From the NCBI RefSeq assembly GCF_039654945.1, contig NW_027361686.1, positions 6,386,001 to 6,450,000 of the forward strand: 64,000 bases of DNA, in the 5' to 3' direction. A model generated the notes under the pieces. It worked only from the letters and a program-made list of their open reading frames with translations, was not told where the DNA came from and did no database searches. The stretch is from Dendrobates tinctorius (taxonomy: Eukaryota). A program made the position numbers and the translations under genes. Shown piece by piece: positions 39,132-51,097 of this stretch (position 1 is the stretch's first letter; each line of letters begins with the position of its first letter).

Positions 39132-42100
39132 GTGGTGACGTACCCTTACAGCTACAGTAATATGTTTGTTGTTTCATGTCAAATGTTGCTTCTGAAAGCC
39201 AAATATTGGTTTAATTATAAAACACTTACTGTAAATGTGTGATTATTAGAGCAAGCTCTTTATACGACACTAAACTGACTGACAATTCAACAGCTACAAA
39301 AAAGGAACAAAAATAGAATTAACAAAAATAACATTAAATTAATACCTTGAAACACTTGAGCAATGGGAATATACCACTAATGCATTCATATCCGAGTGCG
39401 ATGCTTCACCTTAAATACTTTTCTCACCTAGAAATGAAAAAAACGAATGATTTTAACACAGTAACAAAACTAATTAAACAAGAGCATTTTAATTTCATTT
39501 ACAGCTTCTCCCCATCATCCTGTCTACTGATTGCTCGACATCACAGCTTTCTCTTTTGTGATAGAACATTCATCACGAGCACCAGGACTATGTACACATC
39601 AGATTACGAGAACTAGGCAATTACAGATACAAAAGACTAATGGAATTCGACTTGTCTGCAATGCTCAACCGGCGCTGTGTCCAGGACTCACCTTGACTAA
39701 ACTGTCAGGTGTGTTGCTGACGGTTCCGCATCTCCTGTCTCGCACCACGCAGGGTTTGCGTTCTACTTCTCAGAGGCCTTTAGAGGAGAACTAATCTGAT
39801 GTAAAGAGACACCTTCCTACACACTTTGTTATAAATATCATGTGTCACTGTAACCGATTCTGACACCAGCTTCCAGGCATTTCCTCACTTCATGCTAGGG
39901 AGCAGAGAGTGTCAGGGAAGAGACTCCGAGATGACCTGAATAAACATTTATGAACAGTTCTTCAGAAGTAGCCAACAACCCAAAACAGTTCTCAACTACA
40001 ATGTAAATCTAGGGTCACTAATAGTAGAGAAGCTTGGATAATTAGTCATTAAACATTTCTCACTTTGTGGCATTTTCATACAATTCGGCACAATAATGCA
40101 ATTCAGGGTGCAGCATTGCTACATAAATGAGGCAGATAGTACACCTGCCCTTAGACTGTAATTTCAATGGCAGTGGATAATTCTTGCCCTTATTTAAGCC
40201 CTCCTCCCTGCATACATTCTGGGCTACATTCACACATTCAATTCATTTCTCATGTACAATACCATTGAATCAATGGCGCTCCAATAATAATAAATAATCA
40301 TTTTTGTTTTGAGATCCATCAAAAACAAACCATTTTTCTTTCATAAAAAACTGAAATTGATTTGCATCCTTTTTACATCATTTTGTATCTGATTTTTTCC
40401 TTCTTAGTTATTTATCTATCAAAATATAAAATAAATTAATCTGATCGATGAACGGTGTAACGAGAAAAAAGGCAAAACACCAGAAGTACTCTTTTCATGG
40501 TCGCAAAAAATGCAATAAAAGGCGATCCAAACACCGCATCTACCCCAAAGTGTTATCAATAAAAACGTCAGCTCAGGGCGCAATAGATTATCTCTCCCAG
40601 CTCCATACCATGAAAAATAAGAATGTTACAGGGCTCGGAACATGGCGACAAACACAAAAACATTTGTCTTACAAATTTCTGAATTATTTTTCACCATTTA
40701 AATAAAAAAATTAACTATACATATTTGGACGTGTGGTTAGAAGGACAGGACAGAGTGGAGAATTACTCCGAGGCAGTGGATTTCAGATGCGGGAGAAAGC
40801 GTGATGCCATTTACCATAATAGATAGATCAGGTAGGGAAGATACGTGCGATGGAGGAAAGAGAATGATACTAAATATCATTCTACTCCGCTCCCCCTGCT
40901 CTATGACCTGCTGTCAGCAGCTTGGACTGCAATGTTATGATGGCAAGATCCCTTTAATCATTTTGCAGCTAGCTCTGTACAGTGATACACAAAGGCTGGA
41001 TAAGCCAAACCATCTAAAAAAATGTCACAACATTGAAATTGCTGTGTTACTAAAAAAAAGAATAATAAAATAATATGCTCCCAAAGTGTCCATATGATTG
41101 TACTATAAGATCTATGATTATTACAAGCCTTAATGTTAATGAAAAGCTGAAATCTAAGTATTGAGATTTGCAAAATATTGAAATTGAAATAGAAGTGTCG
41201 GGTCAGGAAACTTGTCCTGTGCACATTTTATGTGTTTCTCTGTGCGCTTTTCAGGTGTTTGAAAGAATCTGTCATCCAGTATCAGTGTCTGCAGAGCACA
41301 ATGATAGATGGTGTAGCTTAATTTTCTCTAAGTAATAAAAGCTAAATACACAATGTTTTGCTGTCTTAAATGGTTGACTAGTTTTGATTAACTCAGCTCT
41401 TTATAGACTATATGCTTTGCCTGTCCCCTGGTTATTGTTTGGATCTGCGTGCAATTGTAATCGTGAAAATTGACTAAACAATTCAACTAATTAGCTTGAT
41501 TTGTTTTTTCTCAACATTTTTTTTCATTTTTTTATTGGCTTCAACAAAAAAAATGAGACAAAACAAGCATGTGTAAATAAACCTGAGTGCTGAACTGTGT
41601 CCAATACTAGCCAAAATTCCAGAAATGCTAATATAAAAAGTTAAATAGTTAATACATAATTTTTACGTTTTCTGCATATTTTTGTTGCTTGCCTAAAGTA
41701 CAAACACTTTATTAATGGACATAAAATATAAAATACTGGAATTTAAAAAGCCATAAATTTAGACCCTCTCCCCTCAAGATATAGGGGGCTATTCTAACTC
41801 AAATTCTTGTGATTTTTTTTTGTGTTTGTGAATAACTCCATGAATTTTCCAAGGGCTTTGATATCCCTTTTTTTTTTTTTTTTTACAAAATATGCACTTC
41901 TTTCCTATACAGAAGACTACATAAAAACACCTGAAAAAGTACTAGAGCTAGAACATGGCATGTCTATTTCTATAATTGCCTTGTAATGTTTTCATTTCCT
42001 GTTCTGTCCATATGTCACCATATCCCAGAAATCCAAGTGGAGGAAGATCACCGACCACCATATTGGGACACCCAAGTGATGGGTGTCTCATTTTGGAAAC

Positions 42101-42149
42101 TGCTGCTGGTACCAACCTACTGCGCAGTACCAGCGGAACACCATCGCAC

Positions 42150-42285
42150 CACAAACGCACACACGCTATACGCCGTACGCACCACATACACACACATTCA
42201 CACTCTCACACCCACATTCACACACTCCTATTCACACTCACTCTTACACTCACACTCACTCTCACACTTACACTCACACAGCCTC
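42150..42285. repeat. CA-rich compound microsatellite flanked by a ~28-bp direct repeat
   Basis: (cacact/cacatt)n lies between two copies of tgcgc.gtacc..agcggaacaccatcgca. Confidence 0.8.
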
Positions 42286-43360
42286 TTGCGCGGTACCACA
42301 AGCGGAACACCATCGCAGTGGGCCTACGTGAATTTCGTGCAGGCGCAGCGAATCATTCGGCTGATCCCGGTGGCAGATGCGTGACGTGTCTACAGGCAGA
42401 GGAAGCGAGTCACATTAAAGGGGTTTTCCCACGAACAAAAGTTCATTTTAAAAATTGACTGTGTCTGACTGTGTACGGAGCATACCACATCTCCTGCGCA
42501 GGGGAGGAAGCAAAGACAATACTGACAAAAACACAAGCTAGGAGAGGCTAAGCAGACTCTTATAGGCTCAAGAGGCCCAAGATCACTAGGGTTTCATTGG
42601 TTTCATTAGATATGTGTCCTATGTTTTCACAAGTCTGGAACTACCATCAATGTGGTGCTGCTTGTTGGGATTTTCAGCAAGTTTGCAAGACATTGCTTTC
42701 TCATGAACTATAATAGAACACTTAGCAATATAATTTGTACAACTAAAATAAGATTTTCTGCACATTATCTATAAATCTTCACAAAAAACACAAGCACTTA
42801 GTATCTAAGTAACTGTGTTTCACATAAATTTATTTTTAAAGCCAATAATTGTGTAAACAGATAGAAGAACTGACAAGCATTGGCATCAGACTGGTCCCAT
42901 TTCATGCTGGAGAATGGACTTGCAATTGCAATATATTATGGCATTCATCAATTTCTCACAACTCTTTGTCTATAGATTATGTGAAAAAGAGTAAAGCTGA
43001 ATCTGACATGGTAAAGCTAGAATTGATAAGTATATTCATCTAACTAGTGGAGCACATAGAAGATAAGGTTCTATTTTAACTAGAAATGGTGAAATTTATA
43101 AGTATGAATTCGAATTCTACTTAAATTTATAAACATAGGTATTGCCTAAAATACAATTTTTTTGTGATTACTTTCACTACAAATCAGCAAAATGGTCTTC
43201 AGGCTTCCATTTTACCGAACCACACAGGGTGAAAAAAAGTAAAAAAAAAAAAAATTCTTCACTGCTCACCTGTCACCTGGTCACGTGTGCCATAGACATT
43301 CACCCTGCTGGAGGCGGTGTGTCCAGTCACACGTTGACCATCACACCATCTATGAAAACT

Positions 43361-43402
43361 CATTCTGATGAAGGTCCATTGAGGGACCGAAAATGTTCAA
43401 GT
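43361..43402 (+). ncRNA. Degenerate Penelope-type minimal hammerhead motif
   Basis: CTGATGA-A-GGTCC-attgag-GGACC-GAAA-ATGT-TC with a perfect stem II but weak stems I and III; AATAAA lies ~25 nt downstream. Confidence 0.5.
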
Positions 43403-43611
43403 TTTTGTTTTATGGATGCACATAAAATAAAGGATCTGTTTAAATCTCCTCACTAGGGTTGAGCGAAACAGGTCGAGAAATTTCAAAAGTCGCCGACTTT
43501 TAGCAAAGTCGGGTTTCATGAAACGAAACCCGACCCTAGGATGAGGTCGGCCACGAGGTCGGCGACTTACGCGCCAAAGTCGCGTTTCAAAAGTTTGTTT
43601 TGCGCTCTTTT

Positions 43612-43762
43612 TCAGCCAATCAGGATCCACGGACACTGTGGGCAACGTGATGACATAGGCACGGGTCACCACCATCTTTCAGAAGGGCATGCAAGTGATT
43701 GGCTTGCTTTGGTGGGCGTCACAGGGGGTATAAAAGGGCGTGCACGCCGACCGCCATCTTAC
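43612..43762 (+). promoter_or_regulatory. Putative Pol II promoter of the hAT transposase
   Basis: CCAAT (~43616), inverted ATTGG (~43698), TATAAAAG (~43729), and a YY1-like CGCCATCTT ~25 nt downstream. Confidence 0.55.
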
Positions 43763-43827
43763 TTCTGCCGATCTTAGTATAGGGAGAGGTTGCTGCTGAT
43801 TCTGTAGGGAGAGCGTTAGGCAGGGAA

Positions 43828-44241
43828 GAAGACAAAAAAACTGCTTCTGCTGCTAGCGATTTGGCCTGCACAACACACCAGTCACTGTGTGTGCAGTGCA
43901 AGGGGAGGCTATATAGTGGTGTATCAGTGGTGTTGGTTGTTGGGCTGCCTTCTAAGGCTTCCTGACATTCCTGCATTGCTGTTTACCCACTGCTCCGCAA
44001 ACTGCTTTTTTAAAAGCAATCCCAATTTTTTTTTTTGTCCTGCTGAGAAGACAAAAAAACTGCTTCTGCTGCTAGCAATTTGGCCTGCACAACACACCAG
44101 TCACTGTGTGTGCAGTGCAAGGGGAGGCTATATAGTGGTGTATCAGTGGTGTTGGTTGTTGGGCTGCCTTCTAAGGCTTCCTGACAATCCTGCATTGCTG
44201 TTTACCCACTGCTCCGCAAACTGCTTTTTTAAAAGCAATCC
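43828..44241. repeat. 219-bp tandem duplication inside the hAT
   Basis: gaagacaaaaaaactgcttctgc occurs at 43828 and 44047. Confidence 0.9.
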
Positions 44242-45290
44242 AATCTCCCTTATCCTCTAGTCACTTTTGTCACAGCTGTGCCATTGAGCCTGTCACATAG
44301 CGCTCAGATATTCATTGGGCCTCACACAATCCAAAAGTGTCCAGTGTCCAAAAGTGTGTGCAGAGATTCAAAATCTCCCTTATCCTCTAGTCACTTTTGT
44401 CACAGCTGTGCCATCGAGCCTGTCACATAGCGCTCAGATATTCATTGGGCCTCACACAATCCAAAAGTGTCCAGTGTCCAAAAGTGTGTGCAGAGATTCA
44501 AAATCTCCCTTATCCTCTAGTCACTTTTGTCACAGCTGTGCCATCGAGCCTGTCACATAGCGCTCAGATATTCATTGGGCCTCACACAATCCAAAAGTGT
44601 CCAGTGTCCAAAAGTGTGTGCAGAGATTCAAAATCTCCCTTATCCTCTAGTCACTTTTGTCACAGCTGTGCCATCGAGCCTGTCACATAGCGCTCAGATA
44701 TTCATTGGGCCTCACACAATCCAAAAGTGTCCAGTGTCCAAAAGTGTGTGCAGAGATTCAAAATCTCCCTTATCCTCTAGTCACTTTTGTAACAGCTGTG
44801 CCATCGAGCCTGTCACATAGCGCTCAGATATTCATTGGGCCTCACACAATCCAAAAGTGTCCAGTGTCCAAAAGTGTGTGCAGAGATTCAAAATCTCCCT
44901 TATCCTCTAGTCACTTTTGTCACAGCTGTGCCATCGAGCCTGTCACATAGCGCTCAGATATTCATTGGGCCTCACACAATCCAAAAGTGTCCAGTGTCCA
45001 AAAGTGTGTGCAGAGATTCAAAATCTCCCTTATCCTCTAGTCACTTTTGTCACAGCTGTGCCATCGAGCCTGTCACATAGCGCTCAGATATTCATTGGGC
45101 CTCACACAATCCAAAAGTGTCCAGTGTCCAAAAGTGTGTGCAGAGATTCAAAATCTCCCTTATCCTCTAGTCACTTTTGTCACAGCTGTGCCATCGAGCC
45201 TGTCACATAGCGCTCAGATATTCATTGGGCCTCACACAATCCAAAAGTGTCCAGTGTCCACAAGTGTCTGCAGAAATTCAAAATCTCCCC
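44242..45290. repeat. 130-bp tandem array x8 inside the hAT 5' region
   Basis: Nearly identical units with an exact 130-bp period (ORF starts at 44397, 44527, 44657...). Confidence 0.97.
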
Positions 45291-45365
45291 TGTCCTATAG
45301 ACACCTTGTACCTTGTTTTACATTACTATATAGTTTGTTGGATTTTGTCTACATTTCTACCAAAA

Positions 45366-48300
45366 ATGAGGAAGGCTGGTGGAAGAGGCCGTGGTATTGG
45401 GCGGGGGTTGGCAGCTGGTAATGATGGTGTTGGTGGTGGATCTGATGGTAGTGGCAAGAGCAAAATAGGACCGAATGCAGGAGGTGCTGACCCTGTGTCA
45501 TCGTCTGGCTACATAAGGCCTCGAACGCTTAGTTTTCTAGGAGTTGGCAAACCGCTTTTAAAGCCAGAGCTTCAGGAAAAAGTTTTGTCTTACATTGCTG
45601 ACTCAGCCTCCAGCTCTATCGCCTCCTCTTCTTCAGTTGTAAAAAGTAAAAGCACTGAGTCGTCATTGGAGGCTCATGTTCATGAACCACACCTTTCCTT
45701 GTGTCCTTCACCCCAACCAAGATTGAAGGATGACGCAGGCCATACTACTGATTACTCCATGGAGCTGTTTTCACATACCATGCCTGGATTATCATTTGAA
45801 ATGGTGAATTACCCAGGCCAAGATGAATCTGACATGGAGTGCACTGATGCACAGCCGCTGATGGATGATTCTGCTGGTACATTCACTCAGAGCACTACAT
45901 TGTCCTCGCAGTGTACAGAGCCAGATTCTGACCCTGATGAGACTCAGGTGCCCCTTCCCGCACACTATACCACCATACACGGTGACACAGAGGAAGGTGC
46001 ACATGACATAGAAGAGGAGGTGATGGATGACCCAGTTGTTGACCCAGATTGGCATCCATTGGGGGAAGAGGGTGCTGCTTCCAATAGCTCAGATGAGGAG
46101 CATCCACAGCAGACATCGACATCGCAACAGCTGTTATCTGGCAGGGCCGGAGCACTCCAAAGACAGGTTCCAAACATCAAAAGAGTTGCTGGACAGCTTG
46201 TCCAGAGGGTCAAAAGATCACAGCGTGCTAGGCCGCAAAATGTCTGCCAAAGTAGGAAGAGTTAAACTAGACCAAAAAAGGTGAACACAAGGCCGTAATA
46301 ACATATAAAAAATACAATTTTATTAAAGATCAAATAAAACCAATCGACAGGTATAAATGGGAACGATGTAGGAAAACGCACACATAATGGTGGTACATAA
46401 GCACATACAACGGGACGTACACATCCAGATTAATACATATCAGCCATAAGTATAGTAATCACACAATTGTGATTTAACCCACATGGGGAAAAAAATACAA
46501 TGTATAGTATCAAAGGGAAAATGATGGACACATAAGTGCACAACTGGGATATATACCACAATTATTTCCCTTAGCCGTATCCATAAAGATCCCACCCTGC
46601 TGATAGCAAGTGACCACCATATATTAATCACTACCCCAAAAACACCATGTAATGAAGGGGTTAAATTACCAGCAGGTCACAGCAGCAGCAGGGACTATGA
46701 TGTATACTGGATGAGCACGTCATAGGTGATAGGTAGTTAAATCCGCAAATAATGTATGGTAGATGTACAAGCTAAATACCATGTATATATGTTTGACCTG
46801 TTGGTGTCAAAGTAGGAAGAGTGCAGTGTGGCACTTTTTTGAACAAAATCCTCATGATCAGGCCAAGGTTATCTGTAAGAAGTGCGCAAAGACCTTTAGC
46901 CGAGGGAAAAATCTGAAAAATTTGAATACCAGTTGCATGCTTAGACATTTAACCAGCATGCACTTGCAAGCGTGGACACAACACCAAACCTCAAGTGCCA
47001 CATGTGCAACTGATCACAACGAAGGTAGTCAGCAACGCTACATTGTTTCCCCCACTGTAAGCCCACCGGTTAGCACAGCAGCAAATGTTGAGGTGTCGTT
47101 GCAAGACCACAGCAGTCAGGGAATCCCACTGTTATATCAACGAAAGACTGATTCTAGGCCATCAGAAAGAACTCCAACTCCATCACCATCATCAACCTTC
47201 TCTCAGTCCGCCCTGTCCACCGCTACTTCCACCATATGCAGCTCTCAAGTCCAGCTCACCCTCCCAGACACTATGAGTAGGTCAAGAAAGTACTCAGTCT
47301 CTCATCCGCGTACACTGGGTTTGAACGCCCACATTGCCAAACTAATCTCGTTTGAGATGATGCCCTTTCGGTTGGTGGAAAGCACAGCTTTCCGCGAACT
47401 CATGGCCTATGCAGTACCACACTATGACCTACCCAGTTGCCACTTCTTCTCTCGCAAAGCCATCCCAGCCCTCCACCATCATGTGAAAGACCGCATTGTC
47501 CATGCACTCAAGCAGTCAGTGAGCGGAAAGGTGCACCTCACAACTGATGCATGGTCCAGTCGGCATGGCCAGGGCCGTTACGTGTCCATCACTGCGCACT
47601 GGGTTAATGTGGTGGATGCAGGCTCCACAGGGGACAGCGGTGGTGGGACAGTGCTGCCTAGCCCACGGTATAGGAAACAGTTGGCTGTAGGCGTTCGACC
47701 CTCCTCCTCCTCCTCCTCCAGAAGCGAAAGCTCGTCCACAGAGCGCAGTCGTACGAGCACTCCATCTGCAGCTGCCACTGTTGCACACGATGTGTCCCCC
47801 TATCGAGCAGCTAGTGGAAAGCGTCAGCAGGATGTGTTGCAGATGATGTGTTTGGGAGACAGACACACCGCCGAGGTGCTGGCCGAGTACTTGAAGCGAC
47901 AAACTGAGTCATGGCTGGGCAGTGTACATCTTGAGGCAGGCAAGGTAGTTAGTGATAACGGCCGTAATTTTGTGGCAGCCATAGCCCTTTCAAAACTCAG
48001 CCACATACCTTGCTTGGCTCACACCTTGAACCTGGTGGTGCAGTGCTTCCTCAAAAATTATCCGGAGTTAACAGCCCTGCTCCAGAAGGTGCGAAGACTG
48101 TGCGCGCACATCCGCCGGTCGCCTGTACACTCCGTTCGTATGCAGAAGCTGCAGCGATTGTTCCACCTTCCCAACCACCGCCTCATTATCGACATTGCAA
48201 CAAGGTGGAACTCCACCCTGCACATGGTGGAGCGGCTGTGCGAGCAGAGGCAGGCCATAATGCATTTGTGGGAGGATACACGGCCAGGCACTTTGAGAGC

Positions 48301-49465
48301 AGACATGGAGTTGACAGGTGTGCAGTGGTCGAAGCTGAAAGACCTTTGTAAAGTCCTTCAGTGTTTTGAGGAATGCACACGGCTGGTAAGCGCAGACGAC
48401 GCCATCCTAAGCATGAGCATAACACTTATGCGTCTGCTCATGCAAACTTTGATGCACCTTAAGGAGCAGGCGTCTGCAGCCAATGTTGATGAGGAGGAAG
48501 AGGAGGAGGGAATCCTTGATGACATTCAGCCATTGTCTGCTCAGGGACCTCTCCTGGATGAGGTGGAGGAAGAAGAGGAGGTGGAGGATGATGATGGGGA
48601 TGATTACTTAGGGGAGGAGGATGCATCTCGTGGGGCAAGTGAAAATGTTGGCATGGCAAGGTCTGGTACAGGGTTTGTGCGTGACTGGAGGGATGTGGAT
48701 GTGCCAGAAAGTGCTCCTCCACCCAGCACTCGCAGTGCATCATTGACACCGGGAACATTGGCCCACATGTCAGATTATGCATTGCGGATCCTAAAAAGGG
48801 ACCCCCGCATTGCCAAAATGATGAACGATGACGACTACTCGTTGGCCAGCATCCTGGATCCACGCTATAAAGGCAAATTACAAAACATCATGCCACAGGA
48901 GAACCTTGACTTAATATTGGCTAATAAACAAGCAGCTCTGGTAAATCGGTTGCTTGAGGCATTCCCAGCACACAGCAGCGGTGATGGTTCTCACACGAGC
49001 CGTACGGGCCAGGGGCAGCTTGGCAGAGGTGTTCGTGGTGCACACAGCAGAAGTGGCGTTGGAGACAGGGGTTTCATGACAATGTTGTGGACTGATTTTT
49101 CAAATACCGCTCACACAACTGGTAATACTGCATCGATGGAAAGTGACAGGAGACAGCAGTTGTCAACTATGGTTACAAACTACTTTTCCTCCCATATCGA
49201 TGTTCTCCCACACAGGTCATTCCCCTTTGACTATTGGGCCGCTAAACTGGACACCTGGCCTGAATTGGCACAATATGCCTTACAGGAGCTCGCTTGCCCA
49301 GCTGCAAGTGTGCTATCGGAAAGAGTCTTCAGTGCAGCTGGATCAATCCTGACAGAAAAAAGGACCCGTCTGTCGACCCAAAATGTGGATGATCTAACCT
49401 TCATTAAAATGAACCACGCATGGGTTTCCAAGGATTTTGTCCCACCTTCCCCTGATGACACATAG
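45366..49465 (+). CDS. hAT transposase with BED zinc finger; ~1179 aa once the insertion at 46263-46807 is removed
   Basis: 45366-46262 and 46823-49465 join in frame at QSRKS|AVWHFF. Motifs: BED (VICKKC...LRHLTSMH), LTTDAWS, VVSDNGRN, CLAH, TRWNST, LDPRYK, ASVLSERVFS. Confidence 0.9.
46263..46807 (-). mobile_element. 545-bp retro-insertion (probably a Penelope/non-LTR 3' fragment) in the hAT ORF
   Basis: Perfect 15-bp TSD CAAAGTAGGAAGAGT at 46248-62 and 46808-22. The minus strand ends in AATAAA plus a T-rich tail. The family assignment is tentative. Confidence 0.7.
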
Positions 49466-49879
49466 GGTGACAGAAAAATGGCTTGCTTTGGTCCACCTCT
49501 TCCTGGTACTTCACCTATTTCGCCTTTTGCATCAGCTGAATGTCCAACATCAACATATGCCACTTTCTAAAACTCCCTAACTGTGCTGCCTCCCCCCATG
49601 GCCGGGGTCACCATCTAGCGCACGACACCGTGCGAGTGCCGTTGCCCTGGACAGGTGGGTAGGCTGACTCTTGGGCGCGGGCACTGGCACAGGGTCCCTC
49701 ATAGTGCAATCAAGTGTCTCTGACGGTGGTGGTGCACACCCGCCGTCAGACACACCGCTGTACTATGAGGGGCCCAGTGCCAGTACCGACGCCCATGAGT
49801 GGGCCCCCCTTGCTTGGGCAGGGCCCCAGCATTTGCAATCTTTACCTCTCCCTGCTCCTCCGCTGTGTAATCTGGGCCG

Positions 49880-50537
49880 TCAAATCCATACTGTGCCTGA
49901 CACCGTCTGAGCCTGCCTCATGATGTATAGACATATATTTTGAATGTGTATGCTATCCATACATGTTATCCGGGGATACGGTACCCTTTCTAACCTTTGT
50001 GCAATCACGTGCAATCCATACTGGGCCTAACACCGTCTGAGCCTGCCTCCTGAGACATATGTATGGATAGCCAACACATTCAAAATATGTTATCCGGGGA
50101 TACGGTACCCTTTCTAACCTTTGTGCAATCACGTGCAATCCATACTGGGCCTAACACCGTCTGAGCCTGCCTCCTGAGACATATATTTTGAATGTGTACG
50201 CTATCCATACATGTTATCCGGGGATACGGTACCCTTTCTAACCTTTGTGCAATCACGTGCAATCCATACTGGGCCTAACACTGTCTGAGCCTGCCTCCTG
50301 AGACATATATTTTGAATGTGTACGCTATCCATACATGTTATCTGGGGATACGGTACCCTTTCTAACCTTTGTGCAATCACGTGCAATCCATACTGGGCCT
50401 AACACCGTCTGAGCCTGCCTCCTGAGACATATATTTTGAATGTGTACGCTATCCATACATGTTATCTGGGGATACGGTACCCTTTCTAACCTTTGTGCAA
50501 TCACGTGCAATCCATACTGGGCCTAACACCGTCTGAG
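49880..50537. repeat. 124-bp tandem array (~5.3 units) inside the hAT 3' region
   Basis: aatccatactgggcctaacaccgtctgag recurs at ~50013, 50137, 50261, 50385 and 50509, with a variant at ~49882. Confidence 0.95.
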
Positions 50538-51097
50538 AATGATAGATGGGGCCCACCATACACTGGAACATTCCAAAGGTGGACATCAGACACTGGAGCA
50601 GCATTTACAGGGCCCATTATACACTAGAGCATTAGAAATGGGGCCCATTATGTTTGGAGCATTATTTGGGCCCATAAGACAGTAGAGCTTCATCCATGGG
50701 GACCAACATATACTTCAGTGCGTAACTTGTATTATGAAGTTAATTAAGGTTGACAAGCTTAAGTAAGAAGAATTGATGCTTTTGGCATTCAAATGGGCAC
50801 TGTTGGTGTGTTTCCTGTCCTCCTCTCACTGCCAACTTTTATTCCCCATTGACTTACATTGGGTTTCGTGTTTCGGGACGACCCCGACTTTTCCCTATAA
50901 TCGGACGATCTTGCTCGACCCGACTTTTGGAAAAGTCGGGTTTCACGAAACGAAACGCGACCCTAAAAAACCAAAAGTCGCTCAACTCTACTCCTCACGG
51001 ATTGAGTGCCAAGTTGTTTGCAAATTCTATATTTTTGGTTTGATACCAGACTTGGGCACATTCTTCTCGCAAAAATCTGAGTGCCGTGTTCTGCTTA

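Larger units (their letters stand above)
43454..50990 (+). mobile_element. Complete autonomous-type hAT transposon (7537 bp)
   Basis: Perfect 8-bp TSD CTCCTCAC at 43446-53 and 50991-98; TIRs TAGGGTTGAGCGA and TCGCTCAACTCTA (12/13); the subterminal motif aaagtcgggtttca.gaaacgaaac.cgaccct occurs at both ends. Confidence 0.97.

Noticed and set aside
44315-45421. Series of identical 81-124-aa ORFs
   Set aside because: They are products of the 130-bp array read in rotating frames.
46248-46826. The insertion acting as a new spliceosomal intron that restores the hAT ORF
   Set aside because: GT/AG pairs within the TSD give frameshifts. The only in-frame acceptor (gtgcag) has no polypyrimidine tract and deletes residues at the start of the BED finger.
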